A stretch of DNA of 64,000 bases from Candidatus Kapaibacterium sp. (lineage in GTDB: Bacteria; Bacteroidota; Ignavibacteria; Kapaibacteriales; UBA2268), in assembly GCA_963665665.1 (NCBI GenBank), contig OY762428.1, positions 1,152,001-1,216,000 on the forward strand, read 5' to 3'. The stretch's first letter is position 1, and every line of letters begins with the position of its first letter. Below, one piece after another: positions 1 to 8,040 of the stretch. The notes under the pieces are model-generated. The model was not told the DNA's origin and searched no databases. It was given only the letters and a program-made list of their open reading frames with translations. Both the position numbers and the translations under genes were made by a program.

Positions 1-11
1 ACCCCCCGGAT

Positions 12-20
12 TGTGGATAA
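12..20 (-). promoter_or_regulatory. Single perfect DnaA-box-like 9-mer (TTATCCACA)
   Basis: TGTGGATAA on + strand; only one copy is visible, at the window edge. Confidence 0.3.
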
Positions 21-128
21 ATAAAAACGGCGATTATTGTTAAAAAACAACGATTATTAGAAATTATTAAAGAAAATAAATTTTTTATAAAAAAATCCTT
101 TTAGAATTCAATTAAATATTGTTTATTT

Positions 129-163
129 GTGGGTGATAAGTGGGTGAAAGTGGGTGAAAGTGG
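129..163 (+). promoter_or_regulatory. MraZ-binding direct repeats
   Basis: GTGGG at 129, 140 and 150 and GTGG at 160 (10-11 bp period), directly upstream of mraZ; matches known MraZ operator architecture. Confidence 0.85.
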
Positions 164-210
164 AAAATGATGTGATATTAGTTCTTTAGTTATAATTCCG
201 GGTTGCTGAA

Positions 211-660
211 ATGGCTTCTTTCATTGGAGAAGAGACATATTCGATAGACAACAAGGGGCGTGTAAACATCCCGGCTAAAATGCGTAAGGACATATCACCC
301 GAAGCAAATGAAACTTTCGTCGTTACACAGGGCTTTGACAACTGCATTATTGCCTACCCGCACAATGTGTGGAAGGAAAAGTATGAAAAAGGCCTGGAAG
401 AACTTGACCCGTTTGATAAAAAAAGCAGAATGTTTCGCAGGAAATTCCTGCGCTGGGCAGAAGAAGTAAAACTGGATGGAAGCCAGAGAATTTCACTGCC
501 GCGTAAGCTCCTTGAAATTTTCGGAATAAAAGGAAAAGTAACCATCGTGGGCCAGATAGACTATATCGAATTCTGGAACCCCGATACCTACGACGAATTC
601 CTTGATGATTCCGAGCAGTCCTACGAAGAAATCGCCGCAGAAGTAATGGCGAGAAAATAA
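211..660 (+). CDS. mraZ: Division/cell wall cluster transcriptional repressor MraZ
   Basis: IDNKGRVNIP and LDGSQRISLP AbrB-like repeats, 149 aa, upstream of rsmH. Confidence 0.97.
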   Translation: MASFIGEETYSIDNKGRVNIPAKMRKDISPEANETFVVTQGFDNCIIAYPHNVWKEKYEKGLEELDPFDKKSRMFRRKFLRWAEEVKLDGSQRISLPRKLLEIFGIKGKVTIVGQIDYIEFWNPDTYDEFLDDSEQSYEEIAAEVMARK

Positions 661-661
661 G

Positions 662-1660
662 ATGGGACGCAAAAAGAAGAAAAAAGCGGCTTACAGCTAC
701 AAAAATATTGATCGTTCCAAGGCGGAAGAGTATGATTATCACCTTCCGGTACTAAGGGACAAAACAATTGAATATTTGATAACTGAATCTAACGCCTTCT
801 ATGTTGACGGTACTCTCGGAGGTGGCGGGCATGCAGCAGAGATCATGAAACGGCTTGATAATGGGGGAAAATTATTGGCCTTTGATAAAGATGAGGAAGC
901 TATAAGCCACTGCCGGGCAAAATTCAAAGAAGAACTTGATAAGGGCGAAAGCAGCAGAATTGCCCTATTCAATGATTCCTTCGAAGAATCGGCCGCCGTA
1001 GAAGGTATCAAAGGCAGAGTGATGGGGATCCTACTCGATCTCGGCGTTTCATCCATGCAATTGGACTCTGAAACGCGGGGATTCTCCTACAGGGTGGAAA
1101 CCGCGCTGGACATGAGGTTCAGTTCGGGGGGACCTTCCGCCGAGCAGCTCCTGAACGAAGCCAAAGAGGATGAACTGGCCTGGATTCTCCAGTCCTACGG
1201 CGAAGAACCCTATTCAAAACCGTTAGCGCGGCGTATTTGTGAATTGCGCCGCGCCACACCTCTTAAAACCACTCAGCACCTCCGCCGCATAGTGGAGGAA
1301 ATAGTTCCCGAAAGCCAGAAATACAAGGCTCTTTCCAGGGTGTTCCAGGCAATACGAATAGCCATAAACGACGAGCTGGAAGTATTAAAAAATACTATTA
1401 TCAGAATAGTTCCCATACTTGCCAAAGGCGGCAGGATTGTAATAATTTCCTACCATTCGCTGGAAGACCGGATAGTGAAGCAGCTTTTCCGCGAGATTTC
1501 CCGCCCTGTGCAGGAAGGACAAGCGAACAAATTCGAATTCCCATTACCCGCACTAAAATTACTCACCAAGAAACCCATCCTTCCCGACGCCGAGGAGCTG
1601 AAAAGAAACCCGCGTTCGCGCAGTGCCAAGCTACGCATAGCAGAAAAAATTATTGATTGA
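662..1660 (+). CDS. rsmH: 16S rRNA m4C1402 methyltransferase RsmH (MraW)
   Basis: HLPVL, DGTLGGGGHA, DLGVSSMQLD, SYHSLEDRIVK and NPRSRSAKLR motifs. Confidence 0.97.
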   Translation: MGRKKKKKAAYSYKNIDRSKAEEYDYHLPVLRDKTIEYLITESNAFYVDGTLGGGGHAAEIMKRLDNGGKLLAFDKDEEAISHCRAKFKEELDKGESSRIALFNDSFEESAAVEGIKGRVMGILLDLGVSSMQLDSETRGFSYRVETALDMRFSSGGPSAEQLLNEAKEDELAWILQSYGEEPYSKPLARRICELRRATPLKTTQHLRRIVEEIVPESQKYKALSRVFQAIRIAINDELEVLKNTIIRIVPILAKGGRIVIISYHSLEDRIVKQLFREISRPVQEGQANKFEFPLPALKLLTKKPILPDAEELKRNPRSRSAKLRIAEKIID

Positions 1661-1750
1661 TATTTTTAAGTTTTTTTGATATTTTAAAAAACTTAGTATA
1701 TTATATTTAATAATTTTTATGGAATTTTCTGGTAAGTGCATATATAAATT

Positions 1751-2050
1751 ATGATAGAAGCCAAAAGAATAATCAACTATTTGATTTCGAATAAAGAACG
1801 ATTTCAAAAAGAGTACCATCTAACCAAGATAGGCGTTTTTGGTTCTATTGCCCGAAATGAATTTTCTGATGATAGCGATATTGATATTATTGTAGAATTT
1901 GAAGACAATGTTCAGGATTTATATTCTGTTAAAAAAAAGTTGCGGAATGAGATAAGTCAGCACTTCAATCGGCAGGTTGATATTTGCAGGGAAAGATATA
2001 TCAAATCAATATTGAAGAAACATATCATCGCCGAGGCAATATATGTTTAA
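1751..2050 (+). CDS. Minimal nucleotidyltransferase (MNT/MntA-type antitoxin)
   Basis: GVFGSIARNEFSDDSDIDIIVEF (GS-x10-DxD), 99 aa, C-terminal VDIC...EAIYV. Confidence 0.88.
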   Translation: MIEAKRIINYLISNKERFQKEYHLTKIGVFGSIARNEFSDDSDIDIIVEFEDNVQDLYSVKKKLRNEISQHFNRQVDICRERYIKSILKKHIIAEAIYV

Positions 2051-2114
2051 AACTTCTCATAAAGATTTTAGCTGTCTGCTAAATATTATAGAATCTTCAT
2101 CCATTGGAAATTGA
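2043..2114 (+). pseudogene. Probable truncated HEPN/DUF86 toxin remnant
   Basis: ATG overlaps the MNT end; MFKTSHKDFSCLLNIIES resembles HepT N-termini, but it stops after 23 codons with no RxxxxH. Confidence 0.5.
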
Positions 2115-2181
2115 AATACATAAAATAATAGATTGATTTGATCAAATCAATATTTCTATCTCTAAATCACAATACATAAAA

Positions 2182-2330
2182 ATCCCAACTACATCCCTTC
2201 CAAATCCAGATGAACGGAGCCCTGACGGAGTATTTGCGGATTGTCGCCGCTGATATCAAGTACGGTGGAAACAAGGCCAATCGGAGCAAAACCGGAATCG
2301 AAAACAGCGTCGATTATGCCATTTAAATTA
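2182..2330 (-). repeat. Diverged duplicate of the tsaC 3' end (direct repeat with 4471-4619)
   Basis: 2182-2315 vs 4471-4604: 7 mismatches in 134 bp; encodes ...IDAVFDSGFAPIGLVSTVLDISGDNPQILRQGSVHLDLEGM*. Confidence 0.95.
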
Positions 2331-4412
2331 TTCCTTAAATAAAGCAATATTATAACTTGCACTTAGTACAAATTCTCTTGACAAGCCTGGTAATGGCAAG
2401 GCATATCCGGTTGCATCAGAGGGAGAATGTGTTGAATTGTAATCTTTAAACGGCAGTGTATAATCCTCGTTTGTGTTCAAAATATCATAAGCTCCCAGGC
2501 CAATCCTGAAATTTTTTGCAGGGAAATCATTAATATTTATGAAAACATTCAAATATAGATCGGGGTCTGTTTTGGTATAATAACCATAATCAATATATGC
2601 TCTCTCGATATAATATGCATTTCTTGACGAAAGATAAATCAACGATGAATTGAGTGATATTTGATTTGTCAGGCTAATCCCGGCAAATATTTTTGCAGTA
2701 ATTTCAGGACTTTCAATTCCCCTGAGACAAAACGCACCTGCTTCGGCGGTATTATCAGGAATTAAAACAAATCCGTCGTTACTTTGGTAAGTCAGGCTAC
2801 CGTTTATATATCCCCATTCCGGCTTCCAGTTGTATTCCAGCTCAAATCCCTGAAAACCTGAATTTTGATAGTTCTCAAATCTGAGCATTCCTGCAGTGAA
2901 GATTGTGATCGGATTTTCTACTTGGGTATGGAAAATATTAGCCCTAACAAGCATATCGTCTGCAAATAAATATGAAGCGCCAAATTCAATTGTCTTGAAG
3001 GTCTCCGGTTCAATTTCAGATTCCATATCATTGTCAATATAATATCTCTGATTTGCTAAAGCTATCCCGGGAAAGTTCCGAGACTGACCGTACCCGACCC
3101 ATAAACTAATATCCCCAATATTCTTACTAACACTGACAGCCGGAGAAATAAAAGAGCCATATTTCTCGTAGTTATCAAAACGGGCTTCAATGTTAATATC
3201 TGCAATATAATTTTTATATGAAGCAGATCCGAAGAAACTGGAATTTGTATAATCAATTTCTTTTTTTCCGTTATTGAAAAGCAAATCATCTCTGTTTGCA
3301 TTGTCTGTGGCTTTATCATTGAATAATTCTCCACCGCATATAATCTCTATTCCGTCAATTGGTTTGTAGTTTATTTCAAGCCCACCCGTAATTCTTTCAA
3401 CAGAGCGATTATAAAAACATTGGTCAAGTAATTCGTAGTTAACATTTTCCCAGTTGTCCTGATAGGGATAGAACGGATTGAAATATTTATAGCTTATCTT
3501 TGGTTTCACTACCAGGTTATCAAGTATATCCATTGAATATCCGATATTGGCAATTATTGTTTTGGATTCAATTTTTATATCGTTCATAGTGGATATTGAA
3601 AAATTATTGGCGGCAGTTGATCTATAATAGTCATATATGAAATCAATATCAAAATCATATATTTCCGATTTTAGAATCAGAGACGCCGGGTCGCTATCAA
3701 TTTTGAAGTTGTCTTTTAATTGTTTGCCGGGATTATAGACAAACGTTTTCTGTGTATTATGGCCGTCGCCGGCGAAGGCATGCAAAGCAAATGAAATATT
3801 TTCCGATACTTCAACTCCAGCAGAGAATCCTGCATTTGTTCTTTTTAATTCGTTCGGAAATAAACTCGTAGTTATGTTGGCAGAAATACCGTCTAATTCT
3901 TTAGCGGCCTTTGTAATAATATTAATTGCCCCTACCGTGGAATTTTGACTTGTAACCGAAGCGCCTCTATAAACTTCCACTCTCTGAATACTATGGATAT
4001 TGAAGTGATTTCCATGCTGATAGGAAGAAAACAAAAGCTCATTAATTTCTATACCGTTTATCAATATCGGAATTCTGCCATATCCTGATTTAAAACCCCT
4101 ATAGCTTATATTTCGTACGCCATCGTTATTTATATCAAAGCTGTATCCGGGAACCATATTCAACACATCGGTTAAATCCCGACATCCTTGCATTTCAATA
4201 TCTTTGGCAGCAATTATTGTAATATTGCCATTTTCAGAATGAGTGATATTTGTTGCAACTGAAACAGTGGTATCCACTATGGTTGAAAAAGTAATTTCCG
4301 GATGAAATAGAAATAAAACTAAAATTATCAGCAAAACATTTCGGTTAATTTTTACATTCTTACAGATGAAATGAAATTGTTCCATAATCCAACCCTTAAT
4401 TTTTGAAAACAA
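2328..4412 (-). CDS. TonB-dependent receptor (plug + beta-barrel); start uncertain, possibly 4385
   Basis: Plug motifs DLTDVLNMVPG, ILINGIEIN, IQRVEVYRGA and GAINIITK; alternating beta-strand C-terminal part. Confidence 0.85.
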   Translation of the reverse strand: MFSKIKGWIMEQFHFICKNVKINRNVLLIILVLFLFHPEITFSTIVDTTVSVATNITHSENGNITIIAAKDIEMQGCRDLTDVLNMVPGYSFDINNDGVRNISYRGFKSGYGRIPILINGIEINELLFSSYQHGNHFNIHSIQRVEVYRGASVTSQNSTVGAINIITKAAKELDGISANITTSLFPNELKRTNAGFSAGVEVSENISFALHAFAGDGHNTQKTFVYNPGKQLKDNFKIDSDPASLILKSEIYDFDIDFIYDYYRSTAANNFSISTMNDIKIESKTIIANIGYSMDILDNLVVKPKISYKYFNPFYPYQDNWENVNYELLDQCFYNRSVERITGGLEINYKPIDGIEIICGGELFNDKATDNANRDDLLFNNGKKEIDYTNSSFFGSASYKNYIADINIEARFDNYEKYGSFISPAVSVSKNIGDISLWVGYGQSRNFPGIALANQRYYIDNDMESEIEPETFKTIEFGASYLFADDMLVRANIFHTQVENPITIFTAGMLRFENYQNSGFQGFELEYNWKPEWGYINGSLTYQSNDGFVLIPDNTAEAGAFCLRGIESPEITAKIFAGISLTNQISLNSSLIYLSSRNAYYIERAYIDYGYYTKTDPDLYLNVFININDFPAKNFRIGLGAYDILNTNEDYTLPFKDYNSTHSPSDATGYALPLPGLSREFVLSASYNIALFKE

Positions 4413-4477
4413 TTTTAAATTGTTATTTCCTTTAAAAATAGTAAAATTTGTTTTTTAATGCAAAAGAAATATCCCAA

Positions 4478-5104
4478 CTACATCCCCTCCAAATCCAAAT
4501 GAACGGAGCCCTGACGAAGTATTTGCGGATTGTCGCCGCTGATATCGAGTACCGTGGAAGCAAGGCCAATCGGAGCAAAACCGGAATCGAAAACAGCATC
4601 GATTTGACCGTTGAAATTATCCATTATCTCCCCGGCGCTGATTGCCGGGTCTTGTCCGGAAAGGTTCGCACTTGTTCCGGCCAAAGGGTTGGGATAATAT
4701 TTCCCCAGTTCATGGAAAAAGGGATGTTCCGGATATCGAATGCCTATTGTGCCGCTATTGTTATTAACCACGGGCGGTACTGTTTCATTGGCTTTAACTA
4801 TCAGGGCAAGCGGGCCGGGCAGGTATTTTTTCATCAGTTTATCGAAAAGGATGTTTTCCCCGGCGATAAGGCTGCGGGCCTGGTCGCGCGAAGAAACATG
4901 AGCAGACATCGGTTTGGTGGAATCCCTGCCTTTCAGCTCGTAAATTTTCGATATTGCTTCCGTATCAAACAGATTGCATCCCAGCCCGTAAACTGTTTCG
5001 GTCGGGAATGCTATAATACCTCCGGCAGCCAGTATTTCAGAAGCCTTTTGTGCCGCTTCTGCAAAACTGAAATCAATATCTATTTTAAATAATTTAGTTT
5101 CCAT
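4478..5104 (-). CDS. tsaC: L-threonylcarbamoyladenylate synthase (TsaC/Sua5 YrdC domain)
   Basis: FPTETVYGLG, KGR..KPM, PGPL, TSANLSG, STVLD and ILRQG motifs. Confidence 0.95.
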   Translation of the reverse strand: METKLFKIDIDFSFAEAAQKASEILAAGGIIAFPTETVYGLGCNLFDTEAISKIYELKGRDSTKPMSAHVSSRDQARSLIAGENILFDKLMKKYLPGPLALIVKANETVPPVVNNNSGTIGIRYPEHPFFHELGKYYPNPLAGTSANLSGQDPAISAGEIMDNFNGQIDAVFDSGFAPIGLASTVLDISGDNPQILRQGSVHLDLEGM

Positions 5105-5149
5105 TTACAATAATACTATTACTCAGCATACATCAATATTATATTGTGG

Positions 5150-5157
5150 CAAATATA
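5150..5157 (-). promoter_or_regulatory. FCB-type -7 promoter box (TATATTTG) for tsaC
   Basis: Matches TAnnTTTG, about 45 bp upstream of the tsaC start. Confidence 0.45.
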
Positions 5158-5299
5158 AATTATTTGTTCCGGAAAATTTCTTTTTATTATTTTTTATTCT
5201 GACTATATTAAAAATCACAATTGGACTAATTTGAATTTTATTTGAATATAAATACTTACAATTGAAAATAAATAAAATTATATTAAAACGGAGACTGAA

Positions 5300-7849
5300 A
5301 TGAAACCCCTACACAGCTTTATTGTTACAGCAAGCCTGCCGCCAGAGATCGAGCAATTAAAAGAACTTGCCTACAATTACTGGTGGTGCTGGAATTCCGA
5401 TGCTAAGGAATTGTTCAACCGAATGGACAGAACGCTTTGGGAGGAAGTGCATCACAACCCGATAATGCTTATAAACAAGCTCGGTCCGGAAAGGCTTGAG
5501 GAATTATCCCGCCAGACTGATTTTACAAGCTTCCTTCATTATGTTCACGAAAAATTTCAGTCCTACATGGAAAGCTCTTCCTGGTTCAGCGAGATGACTG
5601 ATACCGGAAGCGCAAAGATAGCATACTTTAGCCCAGAATATGGAATTAATGAAAGCTTTCCCAATTATTCTGGCGGCCTTGGCATTTTGTCCGGCGACCA
5701 CCTGAAATCATCATCAGACCTTGGATTGCCGTTGGTAGGGGTTGGATTGCTGTACCAGCAGGGATATTTCCGTCAGCGCCTGAACCACAGCGGCTGGCAG
5801 AATGAAATATATAAATATAACGATTTCTTTTCCCTTCCGATTGTTCTTATGCGCGACGGAACGGGCTCGCCAATTGTTATTGACGTTGACCTGCCGCTTG
5901 GCAAAGCCTTCGCACAAATATGGAAGCTTCAGCTCGGAACGGTTTCCCTGTTCCTGCTTGATACCAATATTGATATTAACGGCATAGAAATGTACCGCGA
6001 TATAACCGACCAGCTTTACGGCGGTGACCGCGAAACCCGCATACAACAGGAGATGATACTCGGCATCGGCGGTATGCGCGCCCTGGAAAAAATCGGTATC
6101 GAGCCTGAAGTAATTCATATAAACGAGGGGCACGCAGCTTTTGCACTTCTGGAAAGAACCAGGATTTTCATGCAGAAATATTCTCTTGATTTCCGGACTG
6201 CCAAGCAGATTACAAGGGGTTCTTCGGTATTTACAACACATACGCCCGTGCCGGCTGGAAATGAAACTTTCCGACAGGACAGGATGGATAATTATTTTAG
6301 AAATTATCCCGGTATGCTTGGTTTGTCCCGCGAGGAATTCCTGGAACTCGGCCACGAGGGAAAATACAATAACGAGGAAAAATTTTCTATGACCGTGCTT
6401 GGTTTAAGACTGACATCATATCACAACGGTGTAAGCAAGCTGCACGGTGAGGTATCAAGAAATATGTGGCAGAGAATATGGAAATGCTTTCCTACAAATG
6501 AGATCCCGATTGGACATGTTACCAATGGAATACATACTCAAACATGGGTATCAAGGGAATTCACTCAGTTGTTTGACCGCTACCTGTCTCCTACCTGGAG
6601 AATAGATACAGATAATCCTGATATTTGGGAGGGCGTGGATAATATACCCTCCGAGGAGCTTTATCGCGAGAAACAGAGACGCAGAGTCAGGCTGGTTCTT
6701 TACGTAAGGGAATACTTGTCTAAGAGGCCGAAAAGCTATTTAAATTCAGAACAGTTGAACCAGATAAACGAATTCCTGAATACCGATGCACTTACAATAG
6801 GATTTGCCAGGCGTTTTGCCACTTACAAACGCGCCCAGCTTTTGTTCAGCGATATGGAGAAGCTAACAGCTATCCTGAAAAATATTGACAGCCCGGTTCA
6901 GATAATTATTGCCGGCAAAGCACACCCCCACGATATAGCCGGCAAGGAAGTAATTCAATCAATAATTCAGAAAGTGAAAGATTACGGCCTGGAAAGGCAT
7001 GTAGTTTTCCTTGAGGATTATGATATGGTGATAGCCCGACTGATGGTGAAAGGGTGCGATATTTGGCTTAATACACCGGTTCGCCCAATGGAGGCTTCCG
7101 GCACGAGCGGTATGAAAGCTGCCCTGAACGGAACTCTGAACCTTAGTATTCTCGACGGCTGGTGGGATGAAGCCTTTAACGGTTTGAACGGGTTCGCAAT
7201 TGGCAACGGCCAGGAATACGGCTCGCAGGAAGAACAGAATAATATTGAATCCGGTGATATATATGATATTCTTGAAAATACAATTATCCCGATGTTTTAT
7301 GATCGTTCCAGAACAGGCGTGCCCCAGAAATGGGTTAATTATATGAAGAACTGCATTAAAACTATTGCCCCGGAATTTTCAACAACAAGAATGATTCGCG
7401 ACTACGCCACAAAATATTATATACCGGCTTTAGCAAACTTCAGGGAATTTTCCGCTGAAAATGCCGATAAAGCACGGGAACTTCGCACGTGGAAGGATAA
7501 AATTAAATCAAACTGGGAAAGAGTGGAAGTGATCGACGCGTCAATTATTGGCAACGGGGAGGTATTTGTCGGTAAGGAAATAAAAGTCTCGGCGGTTGTT
7601 GCGCTGGGCGACCTTAGCCCTGATGATGTATTAGTTCAGGTTTATTACGGCTCAATAGATTCCCACGGCAATATAAGCGACGCCGAATATTCTAGACTTG
7701 AACGGGTTAATTCCCAAAATGACTACCATCATTTCGAAGGTATTTACGTTTGTCCCGGAACAGGAATGCAGGGCTTTACAATCAGGGTATTACCGACACA
7801 TCCGTTGATTGTGGAACCTGCTTCAATGTATTTGTGCGCATGGGCGTAA
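5300..7849 (+). CDS. glgP: Alpha-glucan (glycogen) phosphorylase
   Basis: YSGGLGILSGD, HINEGH, FARRFATYKR, EASGTSGMK (PLP site) and LDGWW motifs. Confidence 0.96.
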   Translation: MKPLHSFIVTASLPPEIEQLKELAYNYWWCWNSDAKELFNRMDRTLWEEVHHNPIMLINKLGPERLEELSRQTDFTSFLHYVHEKFQSYMESSSWFSEMTDTGSAKIAYFSPEYGINESFPNYSGGLGILSGDHLKSSSDLGLPLVGVGLLYQQGYFRQRLNHSGWQNEIYKYNDFFSLPIVLMRDGTGSPIVIDVDLPLGKAFAQIWKLQLGTVSLFLLDTNIDINGIEMYRDITDQLYGGDRETRIQQEMILGIGGMRALEKIGIEPEVIHINEGHAAFALLERTRIFMQKYSLDFRTAKQITRGSSVFTTHTPVPAGNETFRQDRMDNYFRNYPGMLGLSREEFLELGHEGKYNNEEKFSMTVLGLRLTSYHNGVSKLHGEVSRNMWQRIWKCFPTNEIPIGHVTNGIHTQTWVSREFTQLFDRYLSPTWRIDTDNPDIWEGVDNIPSEELYREKQRRRVRLVLYVREYLSKRPKSYLNSEQLNQINEFLNTDALTIGFARRFATYKRAQLLFSDMEKLTAILKNIDSPVQIIIAGKAHPHDIAGKEVIQSIIQKVKDYGLERHVVFLEDYDMVIARLMVKGCDIWLNTPVRPMEASGTSGMKAALNGTLNLSILDGWWDEAFNGLNGFAIGNGQEYGSQEEQNNIESGDIYDILENTIIPMFYDRSRTGVPQKWVNYMKNCIKTIAPEFSTTRMIRDYATKYYIPALANFREFSAENADKARELRTWKDKIKSNWERVEVIDASIIGNGEVFVGKEIKVSAVVALGDLSPDDVLVQVYYGSIDSHGNISDAEYSRLERVNSQNDYHHFEGIYVCPGTGMQGFTIRVLPTHPLIVEPASMYLCAWA

Positions 7850-7903
7850 TATTATTGGCGGCGAATTTTTGGCAATATCTCTTTATTCAAAATATTTACG
7901 ATT

Positions 7904-8020
7904 TGTCATTCTGAACAAAGTGAAGAATCCAGTATTCATGCAGGTTATGGACTCTTCGCTGCGTTCAGTCGAAGATCCCGGCTTGTCGGGAAATGACCGC
8001 TTTTCTTACTTTTAGAGACA
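7904..8020. repeat. Palindromic intergenic repeat (GTCATTCTGA...TCAG/AATGAC) with a nested 23-bp hairpin insert; copy 1
   Basis: Left arm tgtcattctgaacaaagtgaagaatcc; right arm ggactcttcgctgcgttcag[tcgaagatcccggcttgtcggga]aatgac; tail aatgaccgcttttctt shared with 57814-57829. Confidence 0.75.
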
Positions 8021-8040
8021 GCCCAATGAATAATCAAGCC

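Noticed and set aside
4448-5092. 214-aa + strand ORF
   Set aside because: Antisense shadow of tsaC with no recognisable motifs
5714-6355. 213-aa - strand ORF and similar short overlapping ORFs throughout the window
   Set aside because: Antisense or alternate-frame shadows of well-supported genes
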